NCBI GenBank assembly: GCA_963768855.1
Contig: CAVYJM010000006.1
Coordinates: 416,001 to 480,000, forward strand
Direction: 5' to 3'
Length of the DNA: 64,000 nt
Origin: an uncultured Thermoplasmata archaeon
Lineage (GTDB): Archaea > Thermoplasmatota > Thermoplasmata > RBG-16-68-12
A model generated the notes under the pieces. That model was not told the DNA's origin, searched no databases, and saw nothing but the letters and a program-made list of their open reading frames with translations. The position numbers and the translations under genes are program-made. Of this stretch, positions 29,829 through 38,329 are shown in pieces; the stretch's first letter is position 1; each line of letters opens with the position of its first letter.

Positions 29829-30761
29829 ATGAGCCATCTCTGCGTGACTCGAGCCCTGAAGAACGCCCGGCACCTGCAACGAACCGCACCCCACATCCTG
29901 CCTCGGGAGGAACCTCCCGCCGGATTCGGCAGCCGGGTGCCCGACGACCTGCTCGCCCGCCTGCACATGCATGTCCCGCCGACGGACCTCGACCGCGTTC
30001 CCGGACTCTCTGCCGCTTTGGCGCGCTCTCCCGTCCCCGTCCGCCGTGCGACGACCTCGGAGCCGCTGTTCACGGGCGCGCTCGTCTTCGCGCAAATCAC
30101 CTTCCGGACCCCGAACGGATCCCTCTCCGTAAGCAACGCCGATTTCGCGACCGCGATGGCCTTCTCCCGCCTCGCCGTGGCGCCCATCTCGGCCTACGCG
30201 GCCCAGTACGGACCGAACGGGTTGACGGTGGCGCCCGGCCCGGTGGCCTTTACCGCCGACGCACCCCGAGGTCGGTATAATGACCAGACGCTCCAGGGAT
30301 GGGTCAACGCGATCGTGAGCCAGAACGGCCTCCCCGCCGACACCTGCGTCGTGGTGTTGAACCCGCCCGGCGTCGTGAACACGGACGCGGACGCGAGCAA
30401 GGGCGTGGGCGGCTACCACAACCTTGCCAATGTCCCCTACGCGTTCGTGAATGTCATGGGGTCGAAGCTCACCATTAAGGATGAAGCGAACCTCTACGCA
30501 CTTGCCCTGAGCCACGAGATTGCGGAGATGACCGTGGACCCGCGCGCGGACCTCGTGAACCCTGAGATCGCGGATCCTTGCGGCCCGAATTGCCAGGCCG
30601 TGTGGATTGATTACTTCGACGCGTCGGGCACCTACCTCCGGACCGTCCAGTCGTTCCCGCCGCCCTTCGCCTACGGCTTCTTCATCAACGCGATCGTGCG
30701 CCCGAACGCTGCGACGCAGTGCCCCGCGCCGGGAAGCGCCTGCAACTACGCGCCGCCCTGA
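29829..30761 (+). CDS. Hypothetical protein with GGYH and SHEIAE..VDP motifs (metallopeptidase-like)
   Basis: 4 bp after the previous stop; VVLNPPG, GGYH, ALSHEIAEMTVDP, EIADPC. Confidence 0.72.
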   Translation: MSHLCVTRALKNARHLQRTAPHILPREEPPAGFGSRVPDDLLARLHMHVPPTDLDRVPGLSAALARSPVPVRRATTSEPLFTGALVFAQITFRTPNGSLSVSNADFATAMAFSRLAVAPISAYAAQYGPNGLTVAPGPVAFTADAPRGRYNDQTLQGWVNAIVSQNGLPADTCVVVLNPPGVVNTDADASKGVGGYHNLANVPYAFVNVMGSKLTIKDEANLYALALSHEIAEMTVDPRADLVNPEIADPCGPNCQAVWIDYFDASGTYLRTVQSFPPPFAYGFFINAIVRPNAATQCPAPGSACNYAPP

Positions 30762-30782
30762 ACCGTTCGGCGGGTGGCGGGC

Positions 30783-32228
30783 TCAGATCCGGTCGCGGAG
30801 GCTCGAGAGGCCCACCATGACGCCCGCGGCGAGCAGCAGGTACGAGACGAAGATCATGAATGCGCCGAGCGTCGGGTCGAACGGGTTGTTGATCCCCAGG
30901 TTGAGGATCGGGTTGAGCACCGCGAAGAACTCGTAGAGGACCCAGAGCGCGAGGCCTGCGCCGACGAGTCCGATGCCGAGAGCCGGACTTGCGTGGTGGT
31001 GGATGAGGATCGCGCGACGCGGCGCGGCCGAGGGAGCTGCCGCAGCGACCGGACGCGCTGCGGTGCCGTTCGCGGGCTTCGGCAGATCGGCCGGGGCATA
31101 TTTCTGGCAGGAGTCGCACCACCACCGCTCGTGCTGGTCGATCCAGCGCATCGTCGCGCCGCACGTCGGGCACGCGCCCTTTGCCCTTACCGACGGGGCG
31201 TACCGCTGGCAGGAGTAGCAGTAGTAGCGATCGTACTGGGAGATATACGTCAGTTCGCGAGCGCAGGTGGGGCAGGGATGCTCGGCCTTCGCAGGCTGTC
31301 GCGGGACCTCTGCGACCGCGGCCGCGGGCTCGGCAGCCGGTTCGGCCGCCTCGGGTTCCCCCGTCTCCACGGTAGAGGGTTCGACGGGGACGACGATGGC
31401 CGTGGCGGTCGGCTTTGCCGACGTCGCGACGGGCTCTGCGGGCGCTTCGAAGGTGGCCACCCCGACCCCAACAGGCTCGGGACTTGCCGCACCGGGTGCA
31501 GCCTCGGTCTCTTCGGGAGGTTCGGCCTCGGGTTGTTCCTCCGCCTCGAGGTCATGCAGGTAGCTGAGCAGGCGTTCCTGGACCTGCTCCTTCGTGCCGG
31601 AGGGGTCGAGGTTGTACGTTTTGCAGAGGTCGATTAGCTCGGACTTCTTGAGCGCGAAAATCTTCACACGGACGATGGCGGGCTTCGATGCCGCGAGCGC
31701 CTGGATCTCCTTCGAGGGCTCCGCGGGCTCTGCCTCGGCGGGTTTCGGAGGCGAGACCGGCTCGCTCGTGACCGCGGCCGGAGTCGGCACATCAGCGGGT
31801 TTCCCCTCGGGTCCTGCCAGCGGCTGGACGGCAGGCTCCGGGACCGGTTGCGCGACCAGCGCGGTGGATGCGGGCGTTGCAGCGGCGACCAAGGTCGCCT
31901 CCGCTGGAATCGGAGCGGGTTTCGGCTCGGGTTCCGCCGGCGTCCTCGGGATCGAGGCCGCAGGCGTCGGAGGGAGCGTCGCCGCGGGTCCTTCGACCTT
32001 CGCCGGGGTCGCGGCGTCCTCCTGCGCATAGGTGTTGCAGTGGTAGCAGTAGAATCGGTTGTACTGGGTGACGAACGAAAGGACTCCGCCGCATGTCACG
32101 CAGCGCCTGGCCCCTCGGTCCCCGTAGCCTTCCGGGGCGTACTGCCCGCACCGGAGGCAGTAGTGCCGTTGGTACTGCTCCAGGAAGGACAGGGGACTCC
32201 CGCAGTTCGGGCAGGGGAGATCGGCCAC
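30783..32228 (-). CDS. Membrane-anchored protein with four Zn-finger repeats, a SAP-like domain and Pro/Ala/Glu linkers
   Basis: CPNC..YCLRC, CVTC..YCYHC, CPTC..YCYSC, CPTC..WCDSC; LKKSELIDLCKTYNLDPSGTKEQVQERL; two C-terminal TM helices. Confidence 0.82.
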   Translation of the reverse strand: MADLPCPNCGSPLSFLEQYQRHYCLRCGQYAPEGYGDRGARRCVTCGGVLSFVTQYNRFYCYHCNTYAQEDAATPAKVEGPAATLPPTPAASIPRTPAEPEPKPAPIPAEATLVAAATPASTALVAQPVPEPAVQPLAGPEGKPADVPTPAAVTSEPVSPPKPAEAEPAEPSKEIQALAASKPAIVRVKIFALKKSELIDLCKTYNLDPSGTKEQVQERLLSYLHDLEAEEQPEAEPPEETEAAPGAASPEPVGVGVATFEAPAEPVATSAKPTATAIVVPVEPSTVETGEPEAAEPAAEPAAAVAEVPRQPAKAEHPCPTCARELTYISQYDRYYCYSCQRYAPSVRAKGACPTCGATMRWIDQHERWWCDSCQKYAPADLPKPANGTAARPVAAAAPSAAPRRAILIHHHASPALGIGLVGAGLALWVLYEFFAVLNPILNLGINNPFDPTLGAFMIFVSYLLLAAGVMVGLSSLRDRI

Positions 32229-32354
32229 GTCGGTTGGAGCTTGAGCGGGCGGGATAAAGGCTTTTCCGTAGTTCCCGATTTTGAGAGTATGGCCCGAGAA
32301 TCGTTGCCGCTCGGCGGCAAATCCTTTTACAGATGGCGACGATGGGCCGGCCGC

Positions 32355-32427
32355 GCCACCCTAGCTCAGTCGGTAGAGCAGCCGCCTTGTAAGCGGCAGG
32401 TCGGGAGTTCAATTCTCCCGGGTGGCT
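32355..32427 (+). tRNA. tRNA-Thr(UGU), intron-less, CCA not encoded
   Basis: GCCACCC/GGGTGGC acceptor, GCTC/GAGC D-stem, GCCGC-CTTGTAA-GCGGC, GGGAG-TTCAATT-CTCCC; TTTTA promoter upstream. Confidence 0.97.
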
Positions 32428-32447
32428 TCTTCCGATGCGGCGCGGAC

Positions 32448-33041
32448 TCAATCGTGGTTGCCGTTCCCGCGCATCGCGTTGTGGACCACGCGCGCGCCGA
32501 GGCGGCGGAAGGCCTCTTCGACGTTCGAGCCCGACTTCGCGGACGTCAGGAAGAGATCCGCGCCGAGCGTCTCCGCGGCCTGCACGGCCTCCGCGGTCGT
32601 GAACTGGGCCTCCCCGGTCAGGTCGGCCTTGTTCACCGCGACGACGATGGGCACCTTGCCCGTGACGCCCTCGACGGCCCGGATCCAGTTCCTCAGGTCC
32701 TCGAGCGTGTCCTTGCGCGTGAGGTCGGCAACCGCGAGCACGCCCTTCGCGTCGAAGAAGTAGGCGTCCTTGAGCATCTCCCGGAAGCCGGGCTGTCCCA
32801 TGATGTCCCAGATCATGAGGTCGATGTCCGCGTCGAGGTCCTGGGACGGGTCCGTCACGCGGACGGGCTTCTTGGACACCTTCGTGCCCACCGTCGTCAG
32901 GTAGCGGTCGTCAAAGGCGTTCGTCACGTAGCGGCGCACGAGGGACGTCTTTCCCACGGCGGGGTTTCCGACGAGGCAGACCTTCGCCTTGAAGTGCTTT
33001 CGGGCCCTCATCGCGGCCTCTTGCGGGATCGTCGCGCTCAT
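32448..33041 (-). CDS. Rab/Ras-like small GTPase 1
   Basis: G1 GNPAVGKTS, G2 YLTTVG, G3 WDIMGQ, G4 NKAD, G5 SAK. Confidence 0.92.
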   Translation of the reverse strand: MSATIPQEAAMRARKHFKAKVCLVGNPAVGKTSLVRRYVTNAFDDRYLTTVGTKVSKKPVRVTDPSQDLDADIDLMIWDIMGQPGFREMLKDAYFFDAKGVLAVADLTRKDTLEDLRNWIRAVEGVTGKVPIVVAVNKADLTGEAQFTTAEAVQAAETLGADLFLTSAKSGSNVEEAFRRLGARVVHNAMRGNGNHD

Positions 33042-33082
33042 GGCACCAACCTCTTCACCGTTTCCCCGAGCGTCCATGCGAA

Positions 33083-33331
33083 TCACTCGCCTTGGGACGC
33101 CGCCGGGGGCGTCAGCTGCAGGGACATGTACACCCACATCAGCTCCTCCCGCTCGAATTCTCCGAGTCGGGCGTCGCTCAGGTAGGCTTCGTAGAGCGGG
33201 GTGATGTCATTGTCCGCGCGGGCGCTTATGGACAGGTTCAGGACGTACTCCGTGAGTAGGTGCACGTTCTCCGACTTCACCCGTACACCGCCGGATACCT
33301 CGACCTGTGCAGGTCCGCGCAGGAACCGCAT
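33083..33331 (-). CDS. Small hypothetical protein upstream of GTPase 1
   Basis: Coding-like codon pattern over VKSENVHLLTEYVLNLS...EFEREELMWVYMSLQL; ends 41 bp before the GTPase start. Confidence 0.5.
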   Translation of the reverse strand: MRFLRGPAQVEVSGGVRVKSENVHLLTEYVLNLSISARADNDITPLYEAYLSDARLGEFEREELMWVYMSLQLTPPAASQGE

Positions 33332-33481
33332 GACTACACCTGGCTCCTGAGGGAGTCGTCACCGGAGGAGCACTTAACGGTTCCTCCGCGGTTCCTCGCC
33401 GTGAAAATACAAACACCGGGGGTCGGGCGTGGTTCCCGGGCGCAGGATTAAGGCCGGCGCACGCCTCCGGTCCCCGAGACC

Positions 33482-34429
33482 ATGGCTCCTGCCGTCGCCT
33501 CTGCCATCCAGACCGGGTCCACCCCTCGGGAGTCCGCCGGACGCGTGCACGTGATCTGGTACACGGACCCGATCAACGTGTGGTGCTGGGGCTGCGAACC
33601 CGCGATCCGCCGCGTCCAGGTGCGGTACGCCGGGCAGGTCGAGGTGGAGGTCGTCATGGGCGGGCTGTTCGAGGACTTCAGCCCGGTCCGCGAGAACTGG
33701 GCGCGGATGTCCGGCGGACGGTGGCAGGACTCCGTGAGGGCGTTCCTCGAGGCGGTCGCGGCCCACCACCGGATGCCCATGGACGTCGCGAGGATGATGG
33801 CGTCCGTCGAGGACCTGACGTCCACCTGGCCGTCCTGCATCGCGGTGAAGGCCGCGGGTCTCCAAGGGAGAGCTCGGGAGTACCCGTACCTGCGCCGGTT
33901 CCGCGAGGCGATGTACCTCGAAGGCCGTGCGACGACCACGCGGGAGGTCCAGGTCCAGCTCGCGTCCGAGATCGGGATCGAGCCCGACGCGTTCGAGCAC
34001 GCCCTGGAGGACGGCACGGCGGAGGCCGCGTTCCATGCGGACCTCGATCGTTGCCGCTCGACGGGCGTGACGGGCTTCCCCACGTTCGAGTTGCGACGCG
34101 ATTCGGCCACAGCGCGGCTCGATGGCTGGCAACCCTGGGATGCGTTCGAGGAGGCGCTCCAGGAATTCGCCCCGGATGTCCACGCGGCGGCGATGGACGC
34201 GACGCCCGAGAGCGTGCGCACGTTACTCCGTCGGTTCGACCGGTGCGCGACCCTCGAGGTCGCGGCCGTGCTGGGCGTGACGGACGACGAGGCGGAGATT
34301 CTCCTCGAGGACCTGGAGGCTCAGGGGGCGGTCGTGCGTCGCGAGGTCGGCACGGGCCTCTTCTGGGAAGTCGACACCGGGGCGCGGACCGGCGTGGACC
34401 TGGAGAAGGAAGGGGCGCCGGAACGCTGA
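33482..34429 (+). CDS. DsbA/FrnE (YjbH-like) thioredoxin-fold protein with C-terminal HTH-like extension
   Basis: WYTDPINVWCWGCEP, VVMGGL, STWPSCIAVKAA, GVTGFPTF. Confidence 0.82.
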   Translation: MAPAVASAIQTGSTPRESAGRVHVIWYTDPINVWCWGCEPAIRRVQVRYAGQVEVEVVMGGLFEDFSPVRENWARMSGGRWQDSVRAFLEAVAAHHRMPMDVARMMASVEDLTSTWPSCIAVKAAGLQGRAREYPYLRRFREAMYLEGRATTTREVQVQLASEIGIEPDAFEHALEDGTAEAAFHADLDRCRSTGVTGFPTFELRRDSATARLDGWQPWDAFEEALQEFAPDVHAAAMDATPESVRTLLRRFDRCATLEVAAVLGVTDDEAEILLEDLEAQGAVVRREVGTGLFWEVDTGARTGVDLEKEGAPER

Positions 34430-34530
34430 TACTCTCCGCGGCGGCGTACTCCCTGCCGATTCGAAAATCGTCACGGTTAAATACAGCGTTATACAGTAGG
34501 ACGTCTGGCCTTGCCTTCCCGGCCCTTTCC

Positions 34531-34917
34531 ATGCAGCAACCTCAAGAAGTCATCGTGGCCAAACTCTTGCCGACGATCCGTGCGCGGCTCGCGAAGGAGC
34601 TCCTGCGGGAATACAAGATGAAGCAGGTCGACGTCGCGAAGGCCATGGGGATCACCCAGGCGGCGGTCAGCCACTACAACACCCAGAGCCGCGGCGTGGA
34701 TCAGGACATGCTGCGCCGCTTCCCGGAGATCAAGGCTTTCGTGGACGAGCTCGCGGACCGGATCGCCCACGGCATGTCCATGTCCAAGCAGATTTCCACG
34801 ATCAACGAGTTCTGCGCGGGCCTCATGCAGACCGCCCGGTTCTGCGACTACCACAAGAGCCTCGGAGACATCGATCCGACCTGCACGGCCTGCTTCGAGG
34901 CGCCGCCGCGACCGTGA
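34531..34917 (+). CDS. Archaeal HTH transcription regulator with C-terminal Cys/His site
   Basis: PQEVIVAKLLPTIRARLAKELL..Y.MKQVDVAKAMGITQAAVSHY; FC..H......C..C. Confidence 0.85.
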   Translation: MQQPQEVIVAKLLPTIRARLAKELLREYKMKQVDVAKAMGITQAAVSHYNTQSRGVDQDMLRRFPEIKAFVDELADRIAHGMSMSKQISTINEFCAGLMQTARFCDYHKSLGDIDPTCTACFEAPPRP

Positions 34918-34983
34918 TGGTCCGCGACTGCCGAGTCGGTCCAGAGCCGGCCGTGGGAGACCGCCGCCGCACTTGGCGCGTCG

Positions 34984-37152
34984 TCATGCGTGCCGTTCGA
35001 TTGCCGCGCGCATCTTCTCGACGAACACGTCCTCATCGAACTCCCGGGCCCGGGCGACGCACGCCTCCCGCATGGCGTTCAGGGTCGTGTCGTCGAGCTG
35101 GCGGATCGTGCCCGCGAACGCCTCGGCGCTCGGCGGAAGGAGGTAGCCGGTCTTCGCATGGACCACGGTCTCGCGGTACCCGCCCTCGTTCGTCGCGAGG
35201 ACGATCTTCCCGGCCGCCATGGCCTCCACGGGCGTGAGCCCGAAATCCTCGTCGACCGCCGTCGTCACGAACCCGCGGCACCGGCCGTACAGGTCGACGA
35301 GCTCGTCGTCCGAGACCTCGCCGAGCATCGTGACGTTCTGCGGAACATGGAGGTTCGCGACGTACCGCTCCGTCAGGTCCCCTCTCGAGTATCCCCCCAC
35401 GATGACCAGCTTCTCCGATGGCAATTGACGGAACGCCTCGAGTTGGAGCTCGATCCGCTTCTCCGGATACAGGCGGCTCACGCTGAGCCAGAAGTCGCCG
35501 AGCTCCTTGAACTGCAGGCGAGACGTGCTCACCGGCGGATAGATGACGTCGGCCTCGCGACCGTAGTAGCGCCGGACGCGGTCGCGCACGTTCTCGCTGA
35601 TGGCGATAACGCGATCGCATCGGCGCACCGCCCGTTGGTCGAGCGCCGCGTGTCCGTGGATCCACGTCGCACCCAGGATTCGCCGCATCAGGGGCTGCCG
35701 TGCCAGCGTGGCGGCCCGCTGGTCGTAGAACATCCGCGTGGGCGTGAGGCAGTAGTACAGGTTGGGACGATGGCGCTTCGCGGCGAAATGCGCCCAGTTC
35801 CCGGTGAAGATGTAGAAGTCGTAACCGGAGAGGCGGGCTCGCATGAACCGCCAGGTCGCGTGGACCTGCTTCGCGGGCGGGCCCGGCCGCAACGGGCCGA
35901 GGGAGATCACGCGGACTCCCTCGAACCCCGCGCGGGCGGGCAGGCTCGGATCGAACTCCGTGGTGACGATGTCGGCCCCGAGCCGCTTCGCCAGGGTGAG
36001 GGCGACGCGTTCCCCGCCGCCGACGGTCTGGAGGTAGTCGTAGAAGACCGCAATCTTCCTGCCGTCCTTCGGGACACCCCGGTCCCGCGGGGCGACCGGG
36101 GGGGCACCCACTCCACTCGGTCCCTCGGAGGACGCTTCCGTCATCTGCCGAAGGGGCGCTCCGTAGCTCCGGAGCCACCGGCCGACCGCGGCCGCGTCCT
36201 CCGTCGCGGTCGCGTAGCGCTGCGCCCGTTTCTCCAGGGCCCGCCCGAGTCCAGCGTAGGCGTCGAGCCGTGCGCGCGCGGTTGCGCGGGCCATGGTTCC
36301 GAGGCCCACCGACCCGGGCCCGACGCTGCCCCCCGCAGGCGGGCGGCGTCGTCCGAGGGCTTCGAGGAGCTTCATCGCGTTCCACGAGGCTCCGCTCGCC
36401 ACGAACCGCCAGGGATAGTTCTGGATGAGCGTCCAGATCCGGTTCCTCTCGCACATGTACGTCTTCCACGCGTTCCGGACTCCGATGGACGCGGAATACT
36501 TGTGGTAGACGACGGCCCGGGGCGCGAAGCGCGCGGTCCACCCGACGAGGCGAGCCCGCCATGCGTGGTCGAGATCCTCGCCATACGCGACGAAGTCCCC
36601 GTCGTAGAGGCCCACGTTCTCCAGGAGCTCCCGGCGGTACAGCGCCGCGCCGCCGGACGGGCCGAAGACGTCGGTCTGGGAATCGGCGCGGCCGTCGTCC
36701 GGTTCGTTCCAGTCGCGGTCCATCCCGCCCCCATCCGGCGCGGGGGAGAGGCCCGTGGAGTTCAGGACCGTCGGCCGGTCCATGAACAGCATCTTGGATG
36801 CGACCATGCCCACCCGGGGTGCGTCCGCCGCGGCGACTAAGGAGGCCACCCACTCCGGGTCCACGCGGACGTCGTTGTTCAGCGCGAGGACAAACGCCGC
36901 GTTCGGGTCTTCGAGCGCCCTCGCGAATCCTGCGTTCATCCCGCGGGCGAAGTGCAGGTTCTCGCTCATGCGGAGCAGCGCGGCCTCGGGGAACTCCTCC
37001 TGAACGATCCGCCAGGATTCGTCGGGCGAGGCGTTGTCCACGACGAGGACCTTCGTGTCGGGGTACGTCTGGGCGAAGAGGGACCGGAGGCATTCGCGGA
37101 GGTAGTCGCGCCCGTTCCAGTTCAGCACGACCACCGTGGCCTGGGAGGCCAT
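34984..37152 (-). CDS. Fused GT2 + GT4 glycosyltransferase
   Basis: N-terminal VVVLNWNG, VVDNASPD, LNND, FVAYGED.D; C-terminal GGGERVA, RL.PEKRI, EDFGLTPVEAMAAG. Confidence 0.9.
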   Translation of the reverse strand: MASQATVVVLNWNGRDYLRECLRSLFAQTYPDTKVLVVDNASPDESWRIVQEEFPEAALLRMSENLHFARGMNAGFARALEDPNAAFVLALNNDVRVDPEWVASLVAAADAPRVGMVASKMLFMDRPTVLNSTGLSPAPDGGGMDRDWNEPDDGRADSQTDVFGPSGGAALYRRELLENVGLYDGDFVAYGEDLDHAWRARLVGWTARFAPRAVVYHKYSASIGVRNAWKTYMCERNRIWTLIQNYPWRFVASGASWNAMKLLEALGRRRPPAGGSVGPGSVGLGTMARATARARLDAYAGLGRALEKRAQRYATATEDAAAVGRWLRSYGAPLRQMTEASSEGPSGVGAPPVAPRDRGVPKDGRKIAVFYDYLQTVGGGERVALTLAKRLGADIVTTEFDPSLPARAGFEGVRVISLGPLRPGPPAKQVHATWRFMRARLSGYDFYIFTGNWAHFAAKRHRPNLYYCLTPTRMFYDQRAATLARQPLMRRILGATWIHGHAALDQRAVRRCDRVIAISENVRDRVRRYYGREADVIYPPVSTSRLQFKELGDFWLSVSRLYPEKRIELQLEAFRQLPSEKLVIVGGYSRGDLTERYVANLHVPQNVTMLGEVSDDELVDLYGRCRGFVTTAVDEDFGLTPVEAMAAGKIVLATNEGGYRETVVHAKTGYLLPPSAEAFAGTIRQLDDTTLNAMREACVARAREFDEDVFVEKMRAAIERHA

Positions 37153-37180
37153 GGTCCCGGCCGGGTAGGGAGGGAGAGCA

Positions 37181-38287
37181 TTAGAACTTCGCGGGGGTCG
37201 GGATGTTGCTCGACCCGACCTCGGCGACGAGCGCCTTCATCCGAGCCGCGAACACGGACGTGTCGAACGCCCTCGCCCGCTCTTCGCACGCGCCGCGCAT
37301 GGCCGCAAGGGTCTCTTGGGGGGCCTTCCGCACGGCGGTGGCGACGGCCGTCGCGGTCGCGGGGACCAGCCAGCCGGTCCGTCCCGGGACCACGGTCTCG
37401 CGGTACCCGCCTTCGTCCACCGCCACGACCGCCTTCCCGGAGGCCATCGCCTCGACGGGCGTGAGCCCGAAGTCCTCGTCCTGGGACGTTGCCACGAAGC
37501 CGCGGCAGGTCGCGTAGAGCTCGCGCAGCTTCGTCTCCTCCACCTCGCCGACGAACTCGACGTTGGACGGCGCCTTCAGGGAGCGCTGAAACGCATGAGC
37601 GTCCACCCCGACCTGAGGGCCTCCCGCGATCAAGAGTCGTTCCTCCGGCAGCTTTCGGAAGGCCTCGATCTGGAGCCCGATCCGCTTCTCGTGGCTCAGC
37701 CGGTTCACGGAGAGCCAGAACTCCCCGACCCGGGCGAAGCGGTATCGGGCCACGTCGACGGGCGGATACACGACCTCCGCGGTCCGGTGGAGGTACCGCC
37801 GGACCCGGTCCGCGACGTTCCGGCTGTTCGCCACGATCCGCTGGACATCCGCGACGTTCGCCTCGTACTTCGGGCGGGTGCGTCGGATCCAGGCCCGGGC
37901 CGCAACGCGCTTCGCGGGACTCAGCCCCGCCAGGAAGGTCGCCTCAAGGTCATAGAACACCCGCGCAGGGGTGTGGCAGTACCAGAGGTTGGGCTTGTGC
38001 GTCGCCGCGGCAGCGATCGCCCAGTTTCCGGAGAAGACGTACGCGTCGTACGCCGGGATTTCGGCGTGGTGGAACGCCTTCGCCTGCCGCGTCTGACGGA
38101 TCAGCGGAGTCTTCGGGGCCTTCTTCAGCTCCGTCACGCGGACGTCCGCGAAGCCTGCCTTCCGCGGGATCTCGGGGTCGAGGTCCGTGACGTACACGTC
38201 GGCATCGAGCGCACGCGCGAGGGTGAGGACGAGGCGCTCGCCCCCGCCGATGAAGCTCATGTGATCATGGAGGATCGCGACGTGCAT
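37181..38287 (-). CDS. GT4 glycosyltransferase
   Basis: HDHMSFIGGGERLV, NRLSHEKRI, EDFGLTPVEAMASG. Confidence 0.92.
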   Translation of the reverse strand: MHVAILHDHMSFIGGGERLVLTLARALDADVYVTDLDPEIPRKAGFADVRVTELKKAPKTPLIRQTRQAKAFHHAEIPAYDAYVFSGNWAIAAAATHKPNLWYCHTPARVFYDLEATFLAGLSPAKRVAARAWIRRTRPKYEANVADVQRIVANSRNVADRVRRYLHRTAEVVYPPVDVARYRFARVGEFWLSVNRLSHEKRIGLQIEAFRKLPEERLLIAGGPQVGVDAHAFQRSLKAPSNVEFVGEVEETKLRELYATCRGFVATSQDEDFGLTPVEAMASGKAVVAVDEGGYRETVVPGRTGWLVPATATAVATAVRKAPQETLAAMRGACEERARAFDTSVFAARMKALVAEVGSSNIPTPAKF

Positions 38288-38329
38288 GGGTCGCGGCCGG
38301 ATGAGGCGGTGGACCATAAAGGGTTGGCC

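Noticed and set aside
32229-32447. Integrated element at tRNA-Thr
   Set aside because: No integrase and no duplicated tRNA-Thr 3' end were seen in the window.
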